Source of the DNA: Octopus sinensis
Lineage: Eukaryota
Assembly (NCBI RefSeq): GCF_006345805.1
Contig: NW_021835990.1
Location: 1-64,000, forward strand
Length of the DNA: 64,000 bases
Reading direction: 5' to 3'
Both the position numbers and the translations under genes were made by a program. The notes under the pieces were generated by a model, which ran no database searches, was not told where the DNA came from, and worked only from the letters and a program-made list of their open reading frames with translations. This document shows positions 48,165 to 60,103 of the stretch, piece after piece (the stretch's first letter is position 1; each line of letters begins with the position of its first letter).

Positions 48165-49640
48165 ATGCCTGTAAATCCGATCGTAATACAATATAAAAAA
48201 GATATTAAAAAAGTAGAATTTATATATATGTAAAGTATTTAAAAACTACGAATTTCCCCAATTCTTCTGAAGGAATTCTCGATGTGCTTAGCAGCACCAA
48301 TGTCCTTTTAATCTTCAACGTACTACCCCCGTCTCACCATATTAGCACATCATCAAGACAGTCAGTAATTTAAGGATTGCTCCAAAGCTAAAAGAACGTC
48401 AAATGCTCGAGGTTTTGGGCAAATTCGGCTCCCCCATTCATCTCCACTTGAACGACCTGATCAATCCTACACGTGAATGCTCCAAAAAGAAGATCCTCGG
48501 CCTCTTTAGTTGGCTCATCTCATCCGAGCAAGTACCCCAATCCCTCCCACTCAAGAAAATGGAACTGATAGTCCAACAGACCCTCCAACTGCCCACCGTG
48601 GTTCAAGACACGGAATTCCGTCGCCAATTTCCAGACAGGACTGACGATTCAGCCTTCGTTGACTTTTACGGTTGTTTGTTGGCTTATTTGAGGGGTCGGG
48701 GAGTTTCTGGAGTCGGACGAAGAAGCCCGACTGGACGCGGACCTGGCTGAATTGGACAGGGAGTTGTCAGTCTACAAGGAGAAATACGTATTCCTGCCTG
48801 TCTGGTTATGCAGGAGTCGGAAAAGAGGGAGGAAATGGAATGTGAGGAACTCAGGCGGGAGATCGATGCTATGAACTGCCAAATCAGTCTTCTATTGCCG
48901 TCGATCGAGGAATTGAAGTTAGAACACAGCAAACTGAGACTGGACTGCGAATTCAGAGGTGGTGGGTGGAGGAATGTCGTAGAATTGGAGATTGAGCGAG
49001 GAAGGGGACTGTTGGGTGTGGAGAGTGTGCCGTGGGTGGAGGAGTTGACTTACTGTCCGGACATAGAGGACTGTACAGGAGGAGGAGGTGGTCAGGATGG
49101 ACAAGTTGAGGGAGATTGCGGAGACGAATGTCAAATTGCGAGCACTGGTAGTCCACTGTGGTGAGTAGATATCGGAATATGTGATGTACTACAATGAATG
49201 TGTGTCCGACGTGGAGAATGTGACGGAGTATGACAGTTTGCGACTGGAGGTGTACGACAATCCAGAAAATGGGTGTTTCGAAGTGGCTGGAGTGGAGGAG
49301 ATGAAGGTGATGTGTGTGTTTATAGTAGACTGTCTGGTATGATTTGTTAGTCCAGGCATCGGAGAGGATAGTGGAGTATATGCACAAATATGCAGAACGA
49401 CACAAAAGAGAGCGAATGGTATGGCTGGGTTATTACTCCACAGAGGGAGCAGATGAGACTGTCTCGACAGGAGGAAGTACGTGCTGTCCAATCTCTGTGG
49501 CGTTCACTCAATGAGTACGTCCTGCCGGTGAGTGTCTTCCATGTATGGTAGATTGTGGAGGAGCATCTTCAGGCCGAACAAGACGAAATAGACAAGTATA
49601 ATCAGTTGCTTAGCAATCTTTTATAACTGTCGTGTTTTTC
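48165..49640 (+). CDS. Divergent Ndc80/HEC1-like kinetochore protein (CH-like domain plus coiled coil)
   Basis: MLEVLGKFGSPI...ILGLFSWLI and FVDFY...EFLESDEE align by eye with Ndc80 (RIFKDLGYPF...AALVWLI; FLDY..CYESFM); long coiled-coil exons follow. Frameshifts in simple repeats. Confidence 0.5.
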
Positions 49641-50024
49641 ATTAAGTTTTTGAATTGTTTAGTTCATACAATATTGAATGGACCTAGTTGGCCGGTTTGT
49701 TGTGGTTTGATTGAGTTTGTAAACATATGTTTGCAGTATGAAGAGGAGACTTGTACTGATAAGTGCATGTAGGGGGAATGCACATTACTCAAATTGAGGG
49801 ATTAACTATATTGAAGTGTTCAAAGCGATCAAGAAATACTAGAGAGTGTTTGGGCATCCAGATTCCTCAGTTAGGAGTCAACTCGGACTTGTCTTAACGC
49901 ATAGAAAATCCATGTTTTTTCTTGATGCTGCTCTCGACTGTCCTCACAGGGGAAAAGTCCTTCCGACTCGTTTTAGTATGTCGAATCGTTTTTTAATGCA
50001 AATTTCAACTTTGTAATTAATAAA

Positions 50025-50718
50025 TGTCACAGTCGGTTAATGAAACACGCCGTTAATGAAACCCAAACATCAAATTGATAAAATCCAATAAAATTCTTTC
50101 AATAAAACCAACATTCTTTCCACTTTTTTCGTTGCACCATTTTTTCACCAGCATTTATTAAATTCACGTATGCTTGCATGGTGCACAACGAGAACTTACA
50201 CGCTGTATCTCTTCCTTTGTGACTCCATAAATCAATCTTCTCAGCTTTGAGAATAAGCAGTCCCGTCCAAAGCGATTAAGATTATGTTCCGCCTAAAGTA
50301 TATTGAGATAAATTCTACTTCAATAAATTTGAGCTTCAGCTCCATTTCATCCTCGCAAAAAATGCAATTTTAGACCAGTTCCATCGTAGAATACAACTCC
50401 ATTTTCGAATGTAAAAGATTCAGATAGTTTTCTGATTCTGAACCTTTCGAGGCGGCTCATGCTATCTGGAAATCCAATTTCTGAATTTTGTTCTTTGATA
50501 TTTTGTATAATACTGAGAATTTCTTTAGTTAGTCTCACTATCCGCATACTATCACGCTTCTTAATTTAAAACTTAAAAATCGGATTTTATTAAAATTAAT
50601 AACTAATTAATCTTTTCCAATGACGATTTGTAATAATTTATCTTTTTTTCGATATGATTTTTTGTCAATTTGATGTTGGCGTTACATTAACGGCGTGTTT
50701 CTTTATCGGACTGTGACA
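50025..50718 (-). mobile_element. Non-autonomous Ginger/TDD-like element (TGT...ACA ends, integrase zinc-binding remnant)
   Basis: 38-bp TIRs (50025-50062 and 50681-50718) with 4 mismatches. Internal HNLNRFGRDCLFSKL...RCAPC resembles the integrase H2C2 domain. No TSD evident. Confidence 0.7.
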
Positions 50719-51196
50719 TAGTCTAGTTGAATTGGAACAAACTGACAATATTCAATGTTAATTATTTTATTTTTTAAATGTTCTTAATTTATCTAATTAA
50801 ATACAATATATTTATCACATGTTTAGTGTTCTTTATTTTTGTTGTTAGTTCTTATTTTATTCTTTTTTGCTATCAATATTTTATTTTCATAATATTTTTG
50901 TTTTTTATTTGTTTGAAGATTAAATAAATTGACTGCTTGTAAAATGTCCTTGATAAAGGTTTATTTTTCAAGTGAATTTGTATTCATTTTATTAATCTCC
51001 ATTCATATGGATTTGTTTTAATTCGATTTATTTATTTCTGTTATTTTTATTTCTGTTATTTTTATTTCTGTTATTTTGCCCCTGTAAGTTCTTCGATTTT
51101 TTGGTTGCTCAGATTTATCGAACGATTTTTTCATTTATTATTCGTTCCGAATTATATAATTTGCGGCATCCGAAATTAAAAAAAGGAAATTTTCCC

Positions 51197-51269
51197 TTGT
51201 ATTCATGTAGCGGAATGTTGTATTCATGCAATGGAATGTTGTATTCATGTAATGGAATGTTGTATTCAT
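51197..51269. repeat. 21-bp minisatellite, about 3.5 copies
   Basis: TTGTATTCATG(T/C)A(G/A)(C/T)GGAATG repeated. Confidence 0.9.
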
Positions 51270-51495
51270 CGGCACTTTGGAGATGCCGCTGTAGATGGCA
51301 CCGGCTGATCCAAAATCTATAATCCTTGGTGACCCATCCAAGGCGAGACAAACATATATATACACAACGAGATGGAATTTATTGTGTGTTATTGTCCAAA
51401 ATTTAACAAATTCAAGATGTTTTGGCCTGGATTCGCCTTTAGGATTTATTTAACCTAAAATAACATCATTTGATAAAAATATGTGTGCTGAGGGC

Positions 51496-51572
51496 CACCA
51501 GAGTGGACTACTAGTGCTCTCAATTTGACATTCGTCTCCGCAATCTCCCTCAACTTCTCCATCCTGACCACC
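51496..51572 (-). repeat. Inverted 77-bp copy of Ndc80-like gene sequence 49087-49162
   Basis: GGTGGTCAGGATGGA(C/G)AAGTTGAGGGAGATTGCGGAGACGAATGTCAAATTG...; about 4 mismatches. Confidence 0.9.
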
Positions 51573-52681
51573 GTACAAGCAATCTTGAATATGTCTAATT
51601 TTCGAAATCTCATTTGTGTCTATAAATTAATTTAGAGGTGAATACATTTTATGATTGTATTGTTGTTCTCCGGGAGTCAGCTGAATACACGAATCTTTTT
51701 TTCGAACGAATGTACACGATAGTTGATTTAAAACACTTTTATCGCCCTTTTCTATGCTGCGTATTCCAAACAGTTGTGGGCGATCAATGGCCATTATTTT
51801 TGAGGGATTCCTATTTTGTCGAAATTTATAATATAGTGTGATACGTAATCCACGACATCAGGTATTTCCCCAAAACCAGTTACAATGGATGTGTCTACCA
51901 CCCCCGAGTCTTTTTTGAAATGTCTTCGGCTTAAATTTGTCATCCTTCGTATTTGACTCCCTCGTTCATTGATATAGACAATGCTAATCTGTTAAAACAA
52001 AAAACAAACTATAGTTTTCCCAGTCTTGGTGTCCTTGTTTATGGTATCTTTGGTTTTCAAGTAAGCTAACTGTTTGACTTGGACTTTTGTATGGAAGAAT
52101 CTCTGGTAACTATAAGTTTATAACGGTGTGGATTATTATCACATTTTCGAAATAATTTGTCACTGCAAGTCGTCTCGATTTTCGAAATGTAATTGTTAGG
52201 TCCGTCATAACACACAAGGATCACATTCTATAAATTAAATGAAACTTTAATCGATTTTCCATCACTGCTCGGCTTTCTTTCCCAGAATGAGAGTAGTGGC
52301 TTCTCGACAAAATTTCTTGTTCCCGAAAAATGATGATTCGTAATTGAAATCATATTTTCCACCATTTATGAGTTCCTTAACAGTTTCATTGACAACTGCG
52401 AAACTATAGCGCCTTTTGTGCCCGTTGTAGCACTCTTGGAGAGATAAAATATTTAATGTTACCTCCTGAAGTCAGACTGATTCTCCGTTGAGCAGATTCA
52501 GGGTTTTGATAAATATCATATGCCGGCATTGATTGAATGGAATGGAATGGAAAGTTTTATTGTAAGCAAATCAGAGACTTAGTGAAAAGGTTGGACGAGG
52601 TTAAACGAGACGACTGCAAGGACAGTCGAGCTCTACCGAGATTCGTCCTAAGAGAGTATACGAGCCGGCCTTTGATTAGAG

Positions 52682-55308
52682 TCACTCTCTGATTGAGTTT
52701 CGGACACGATCCACAAAAAGATCGGACACCTGAGACCTCCGACGAAAGATTCGGATGGAATCGAGGATGACATTCTTGATTAGTGGAAATTTCCCCTCTG
52801 CCCAGCTGGGTAGCGGCGCGCGTAGATCCAATCTGTACGCTAGCTTTAACGCATAGCGTCGGATCTTCTCATACTTTTTAAAAATTTTTTCGAATTGGTT
52901 TGAATAGTGCCACGCCTCCATCCCATACAAGAGACTTGGGAGAATCGTCGCGCGAAAGACAAACAGAAAAGTGTCAGGGGCCAAATGCATACCCTTCAGG
53001 AAGCGAAGGGCCGCAACGGCCTTTTCCTTTTCTGAGTGACGTGCAGTAAGTACTCCGAGTTAGCGTCTACCGTCAAGCCCAGATAGCGAATATGGCTTGT
53101 GCGGGGAAGTCCTCTGAGAATCTTAGGTTCTTGCCTTGGTTTGCGCCGTGAGTTAATTTCAAGGTACGCCGACTTGTCCATAGCAATGGACAGTTGTTTA
53201 CCCTGACACCAGGTCTCTATCATTCCGATGTAGCTGGAGAGACGGTGCTCGGAGAGTGCAGGGCTTTTTGAAATATCCATAATGAGGACGTCATCTGCAT
53301 ACAAGAGAAAAGTTGTCCGCGGATTGGGAAAGGAAGGAAAGCTGCTCATCACAAGGTTGAACAGCAGCGGGCTGAGACTGGATCCCTGCGGGACACCCCT
53401 TCGGAGACGAATATCTCTGGAGTGGAAGCCCGACTGGGACACAAAGGAGATACGGTTTGAAAGAAAGCAGTTCAGCCAGAGAAATGCCTCTCTCGTTGGC
53501 TCACATCCGCGGACCACGTCCAATAGGTCAGAGTGGGATACGCTGTCGAATGCCTTAGAAATGTCAAGGCAGATGCAGGATAAAGTTTCGTTGAACTCAA
53601 TTGCTTTCAAAGCCATCGATTGGAGAATCAGAAAACAATCGCCGCAGCTGCGCCCTGAGCGGAAACCCCACTGCTGGGGCAGAAGCACGCTTTTCTGCTC
53701 TGCGAAGGAGTCGAGGCGTTTGGTCATAATCTTTTCCATAAGCCTCGAGATCGTTGGTATTAGACTTATGGGTCGGTAGCTGCTGGCCAGGTTAGCTGGT
53801 TTTGCAGGTTTCTTGATCATCCGGATTTCGGCGACTTTCCAGGCACTTGGAACGTGGCTCCAGCGAAGACTAGCCGAGAAGAGGCGTGCCAAAAACTCAG
53901 ACAGTTCCGGAGGGCCTTCTTTGAACATTTTCATTGGTAGCATGTCATGCCCCGGTGCGTTGTCCCTCGCCGAGAGGATGGCCCAGGTCACCTCAGCGGC
54001 GGTGATTGGGTGATGGTCAACAGATAGGGAGTCTGCTTGGTCTATAGGACTGGCATGTGAGTTTCCCCAGCGATCCTCATGGTCCGGCAGAGGACGGTCC
54101 AGGTGATCAGCAAATATGTTGGGGATTTCCTCCACCGACGCAGGCATTCCAGCTGAGTTCGATAATTCTGGTGTCGGAGAGTTCACGAGATGATTAGAGA
54201 GTCTGTTGTAGGCTATCCAGAAGTTTGGGTTCCTGTGATTAAGACCAGAGCAGGCCTTCTTCCACATCCTCTCAAGATCTTTCTTTCTTGTGAGTTCAAT
54301 TTTGTGGTTGAGCAAAGAGATTTCCGACCTTAGGGTACCTTGGTCCGTTGGGTCGGCACAGCGTTTGAGCTTGTTTCGCAGGCGTTTCTTTTCGCCCAGA
54401 AGTTGGAGAAGTTTGGGGTTTTGATGTGTAATGCCCTTGCTAGTTGGGAGCACCCTCCTAGCGTGGGCTTCCAAGTAGAGTCGCATGAAGTCCGTCAATT
54501 CGGCGCCCGAGTTGTCGATGTCCGAGGTAGATTGATAGCTGCCTGGGCGTACGTTGTTGCGAAAGAACAAGTTCAGAGCATAACGGTAGTGCGCCCAGTT
54601 GATGTTCGAAAGGGTGTATCGTGGTGGGCAACGGATTTGGGTGTCTACCGAGACGTGGACACAGACCTGCATTGGCAGGTGGTCGCTCCCAATATCGTCG
54701 AGCACTATTGGTTCTCCCATAAGATTCGCGACTGATTGAGTGCTCAGTGCTACGCAAAGGTTGTCCCAGCCGAATGGGGAGCGGTGGTTCCGGGCTTTCG
54801 AGGTGCGGACACAGACGTCTAGCCTACCTGCCGCTCTTTCAAGTAACCGGCCGTCCCGATTGGTCACGCGACAACCAAATGCCGTGTGTTTGGAGTTTAG
54901 ATCACCGATGAGGAGGCAATGATTTGAGCTGACAAAGAAGTCTTCGATAAGACCGATGCATGGAGCAAGGTTTTTGCAATATATTCCGCCCACTTTTAAC
55001 CAAAAGCGCTGGGTTTTAATCTCTAGCGAGATAAATTCGCATAGGTTCCGTTCGATAGTCTTGAGGTTACGTGTCTTGAGATTTTGCAGGTAGTAGATAG
55101 TCGTCCCAGTCCCAGGCGTAGAGTTATTTCTCCATTTCAGGTCAAGGGAGCAGTATCCTGGCAATTCGAAGCATTGACCTTCTTTCAGCTTAGACTCGTT
55201 GACGACGATTAAGTCAGGATGGCCGCTGTTTACCATCTCAACGAAGTCGAGGTGCCGTCTCTTGACAGATCGGGCATTCACAGCGATGATTTTTAGTGGC
55301 GTGGTCAT
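52682..55308 (-). CDS. LINE ORF2p, APE endonuclease plus reverse transcriptase (770 aa, then a -1 frame tail)
   Basis: IAVNARS, VNESKL, LIGDLNSKH, IGSDHLP, SYRPISL, LDISKAFDSV, GVPQGSSLSP, LYADDV, RYLGL. It continues in the -1 frame as (A)VAALRFLKGMHLAPDT. Confidence 0.92.
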
Positions 55309-56678
55309 TTTGCTGGCGAGCTCCTCTCTGATAGGAGCTCTTCTAGCTTCTTGGGTTTGACTCCCAGTTTCAGCAGTGCGTCGACACAGCGTTGGTAAAA
55401 TTCCAACAGAGCATCCTTGTTGTGAGAGTCTACCTTCGCCTGCGTTTTGGCCTGCTGAGTACCGTTCCTTATTGGGCTGACGGGCCTCGGTTTCACAGCC
55501 TCGGCGACAGGGGCCTGCATGCTCTGCGCACCAACCTCAACGACTTGCGTCGTCTGGGTATGGGCGTCCGCCACACACGGGGTTATTAGCGGCCGTACTT
55601 TCCAAATAGGCGTGACCGGCTTAGCTTTTACCATTACCATGCGGGTTGGGTTAGGAGACCGAGGCATTGCTTCTGCGCGGGCGGCCCATTTAGCTGCTGT
55701 TGCAGCTTTGGCCGTCGGGCATCCACCATACGAAGCGAGGTGGCCGGGGCGGTCACAATTGATACAATGCCGACCACAGGGCTCCACTGGACTTTGTTTG
55801 CTGCCTGGGCATTCCCTTCGGTCGTGGTCCTTGCCGCAGTATAAGCACCGGGCTTTTTCTTGACAGTTACGGGACAGGTGTCCGAATCTCTGACAATGGA
55901 AACATCGGACGACAGGAGGCCTGAACCATTCACAGGTGATAAGGCAGAAACCAGCTGTGATTCCGGTGCGGATCAAAGAAGTAGCTTCAGCTCGTGAGTC
56001 AAGCGTCAGCTTAGCAACTGGGATGTCGAGACCATCTCGCGTGAATCGCTCGAGAACGAACACCGAACTGAGGGTTTCCTTCAGGTGCAGCTCTAGGTCC
56101 CGATTGGAGATCCATCGCGGAATCCCCTTTAGGACTAGTGCTGACTTTTGCGGAGTAACTAAGGCAAGTTTATGGCCGCCTTCGCCAAACGGGTTCAATC
56201 TTGCAAGCTCAGCCGAGAATGCATCAGCATCTCCGGGGCTCCTGAACTCAAGAGTGAAGGAGCCTGAGCGTTGTAATGTAATCCGTGCTTTGGAGGCAGT
56301 TGGCGACTTGGATAGGAGGTTAAACCTCTTGATCTTTCCAAGTGCCGGGTTATTAATGCTCAGAGTGAATGTGAGGCCTGAGCTGTTAAGGTCAGACCTC
56401 GGGGGTTCGGTGGATTCTTCAACTTTGGAGGGCTCTCCTTGAACCATCTGGACCGTCGGAGCACCTCCACTTCGACATAGATTTCTTATTGCAGACAATT
56501 GTTCGGTGGAATCTTCTTCAACTTTGATGGAAACATGTTGAACCGTCTGATCCGTCAGAACACTCCCACTTCCACATAGGTTTCTTATTGTAGACAATTG
56601 TTTCCTTGGAACTTTTGTTCTTTTTTGTCCTTCAGTGTTTGCTTTTGCGTTTTCTTTTGAGTTTTTCTTAGGTGCCAT
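55305..56678 (-). CDS. LINE ORF1p, gag-like nucleic-acid-binding protein, 457 aa
   Basis: CFHCQRFGHLSRNC, CLYCGKDHDRREC, CINCDRPGHLASYGGC. Confidence 0.92.
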   Translation of the reverse strand: MAPKKNSKENAKANTEGQKRTKVPRKQLSTIRNLCGSGSVLTDQTVQHVSIKVEEDSTEQLSAIRNLCRSGGAPTVQMVQGEPSKVEESTEPPRSDLNSSGLTFTLSINNPALGKIKRFNLLSKSPTASKARITLQRSGSFTLEFRSPGDADAFSAELARLNPFGEGGHKLALVTPQKSALVLKGIPRWISNRDLELHLKETLSSVFVLERFTRDGLDIPVAKLTLDSRAEATSLIRTGITAGFCLITCEWFRPPVVRCFHCQRFGHLSRNCQEKARCLYCGKDHDRRECPGSKQSPVEPCGRHCINCDRPGHLASYGGCPTAKAATAAKWAARAEAMPRSPNPTRMVMVKAKPVTPIWKVRPLITPCVADAHTQTTQVVEVGAQSMQAPVAEAVKPRPVSPIRNGTQQAKTQAKVDSHNKDALLEFYQRCVDALLKLGVKPKKLEELLSERSSPAK

Positions 56679-57049
56679 TCTCTGACAAAAATTATAATTC
56701 TCTAAAAAAAAAACATTGATTGAATAATCATTTCTGTTTTATTTAAATTGAATTTAAACGTATTAACATAATTTCTTGCTCGCAGAGATTAGTATTTGCC
56801 TAAATAAATTTTCATTTTGTTCCCAATAAATTGAAATGGTTGACCAGCAACTCAAGATATATTTGCCGAGATTACTCCAAAAACACCTGAAATATGTGTT
56901 CATTCATCAAATGTGGCGTGATATGTTACAGTATGAGACATCACCCCATCATTCAATAAGTTGACTGATAATACAGATAGTCTTGAAGTTTTTCTATCTT
57001 GCTGATATATTTTGAGTAATAAACGAATTAAATTTATCCATACAAGATA

Positions 57050-57396
57050 CACCCCTCGACATAAATATTGGTGAATCTTCAACTTACTTCATTCATACAA
57101 AGAATGATTTAATTTTTTCTTCAGATATATTTTAAAATCTGATAAAATTGATAAAAATTAATTTAATTATTTAAATTTTGAAATTTTGTCTAAGAAATTT
57201 GGAAAAAACAACGACTTTCATTGGCATAAAATTTGGTTATTGTGAGATTAATATGTAAATTTAAATCTATTTTAATTATAAATACAAAATAAATATTATT
57301 TTAGAAGATCTAAAGGATCTTAAAGTATGAATTTATTCGTTTTTAAATGAAAAAAAGCAGGAAAGATTAAATAACCAAATTTTTTGTCGAGGGGTG
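57050..57396. mobile_element. Tc1/mariner-type MITE
   Basis: TA-CACCCCTCGACA at 57048-57061 and its perfect reverse complement at 57385-57398; similarity extends to about 24 bp; AT-rich interior. Confidence 0.7.
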
Positions 57397-57889
57397 TAAA
57401 TCATCCGGGTTGCAGCGACGATTAAAACTTAACGTAGACCACCCTTTATATAACTGTGGTCTTATTTATAGCTTTCTGCTTTGTTGTGGCAAATGATAAA
57501 AGTGAAATCGAGAGGCACTGACTATAATCTGTCCACTTTGAACAAAGTTGATGCCGTGCACTCTCAACAACCAGTTGCGTAAAGGACACGGGGACTGTCA
57601 ACTTGTGATGAAAAGTGTAAATTGATTACATTATTAGATTAACTTAATAGTTTATTGAAATAGTTAAACCAAGTAGGGTAATGGGTAAAATCGGGTGTTC
57701 CGAGTTTATATGTTCTGCCCAAACTGAGGTGATTAAAAAGAAAGTGACGAGTAGGACTGTACATACGAATCAACTGGTGACGTATCCCTCGGCGAGGCGA
57801 TTAGTAAATGGTTATCGTGGGACAGGGTTAGTATAAGGGAGTTACAGTTAGAACGAGGAATCATCTGCTCAAGTAAAGGACCTCCTGTT

Positions 57890-59690
57890 GAATGGTCATT
57901 TCGAAATATTAAAGGTCCTCACCATAAAGGAATCAGAGCAAGAATGCAGTGCGGGTTTGGGTATCTCAATGAGCTCACCATTATCCAAATTGCTCAGGTT
58001 GACTATACACGCAAGGCCCTATCAAACACACTCAAGTCGACCTTCAAAGAAGAAGTGCGAAGAAAAGTGGTGGTCGGGTTTGACGGCCGACACAACAGTA
58101 GAAGGTCCCGACATTGCCGGACTGAGTAGATATGCTCACCTGGTGGTCAATGTCTTACGAAACGCACATGTGACTGTTTTCCTGTACAGTGAGTGTGTCC
58201 CCACTCCTCTCGTGGCTTTCGGGGTACGGCACTTGAAATGTTGTTGTGGTGTGATGATCACTGCCTCACACAACCCCAAACAAGACAACGGCTTCAAGTT
58301 ATATTGGGAATACGAGGCACAGGTAGACAAGTCTGGTCTTCACGGGTAGGCCCCAGATGAAGTCGAGGACCAAGTTTTGAAATAGATCTCCTCAAATCCT
58401 GTGCCGTCCGAATCAGCGTGGGACACCTCTTCGATAAATGACGACAATTCAGTCCTCAGTACAGCATTGAGTGGATATCTCAACGAATTGAACAAACTTA
58501 ATTTTTACAAGTTAAATTGACAAATATGCAGAAATACGTGGCTGTCCGTCCCCACGATAGTGTACAGTATAATGCATGGGGTGAGCACTCCCTACATCCG
58601 TGCCGCCTTCGATTTGATCGGCATTCCTTCCACTCTTCGCTACGTCGAAGAACAGGTACGAGGTGGTGACCTACTCAGTGCGATGTCGACCCTGACTTTG
58701 GCACAGTCAAATGCCCCAATCCCGAGGAGGAGTCGTGCTTGGTCCATACTGTTTGAAAATCCGTAGGAACTTTCAATCAAGTTGGCCGAGAGGATTGGGG
58801 CCAGGTGACGTACTGCGACAGTATTCCTTCCTGTTATTCCAAAGTCCAGAAGACGTGCATGGTGACCTCTGCAGTGAGTTCTAAATTTATAAGGACGATG
58901 GCCGAGGCTGAAGGCTTCATTTTCCAAGTATGGGGATGTTAGGAATGCTCAGGAGACATTGACGGGTTTCAAATGGATAGGCAACACCTGCAATGAACTG
59001 AGCAGACAAAACAACTCAGTTCTGTTCGCTTATGAGGAAGCCATTGGATATATGTGCAACCCCAACATTCCGGATAAGGACGGAATCAGTGCAGCAGTCC
59101 TCATCGCCCAACTGACCGGATACCTCACAGCTCACCAGAAGAATCCATTCCTGAGTACTCTCCTCGAACGTCTCTACATGAAATATGGGAGACACCTCAC
59201 CCGCAATTCCTACTTAGTGTCCCCCTCCCCTCAAAATACCCTCCGAGTATTTGACCGTCTCCGCAATTATGATGGGCCTGCCACAGTACGGCCATTTATT
59301 TTTATTTTGGTAGTACCCCACTTTTTGTGGTAAATTCCAAGTCAAGAATGTGCGTGACCTCACCACTGGGTTCGACAATCCATATCCCGACCGTAAAGCT
59401 GTAAATTGTACTGCACCATCATAGCGTGTTCCCAAAAGTTCATCGCAAATGATAACATTTTATTTCGACCACTCGCTGACTCCCACTCTTAAAGCGAGTG
59501 GGACGGAGCCTAAAATCAAGTTTTATATTGAGATTATTGGTCCACCTTCACAAAACTAGTCCCTTCTGACGATTTTAGAAATGTAAGTGAGAGTGAAGAG
59601 GCCAATTTCCGTAGACTCCTCGATAAGTTTGTAGTGCGAAAAAAGGTGAGTTTACTCAGTTTAACAGCAAATTATGAAATAAGAAACATT
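57890..59690 (+). CDS. PGM2: Phosphoglucomutase-2 / phosphopentomutase
   Basis: GIRARMQCGFGYLNELTIIQ, VVVGFDGRHNS, PTPLVAF, GVMITASHNPKQDNGFKLYW (catalytic Ser loop), TGFKWIGN, FAYEEAIGYMC, DKDGISAA, ASGTEPKIKFY. Many micro-introns; true start not fixed. Confidence 0.92.
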
Positions 59691-60103
59691 AGGAGTTAGA
59701 ATAGTTTTTAAGAGCGAGAGGCAGAAAGAGACTGCATTATGGAAGACCTCAAATTAAATTTTTTCTGATAGGGCAGATCGAAGGTGTGTGGTCTTATCCT
59801 GGATATATTTAATCTTGCGAACAAAATGTTCCTGTGCCTTGGAAATAGTCTAATATTGAGGCCACACACTCAACCATTTCTACAAAATAGCCTGTTCCGA
59901 TATCAATAAGGACGTGTGAGCTATCTTCAAATGTCCCTCGGGTGAACAACTGGAATAGTATGGGGGATTGTTCTAACGTAGTTGGTTAGGGGGACGATCA
60001 TGTCCTTCCCCTTTTTCACTGAAGAAAATTCGTTCAGCCATTCGTTGGAGTCGAGAAATCCCTCCTCGGCCATTCTGAGAGATTCGATGCTGTTAGTTAT
60101 GAT

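Larger units (their letters stand above)
52555..56700 (-). mobile_element. Apparently full-length two-ORF LINE (Jockey/I group)
   Basis: ORF1 with three CCHC knuckles, ORF2 APE-RT, 3' UTR ending near AATAAAAC. The exact 5' end and TSD were not resolved. Confidence 0.93.

Noticed and set aside
51600-52530. Cys-containing exons on the minus strand next to the LINE 3' end
   Set aside because: The candidate frames contain stops, and the cysteine spacing does not fit Kunitz, EGF or another named fold.
53282-56442. Several plus-strand ORFs of 60-168 aa over the LINE
   Set aside because: Antisense shadows of GC-rich ORF1 and ORF2; no independent motifs.
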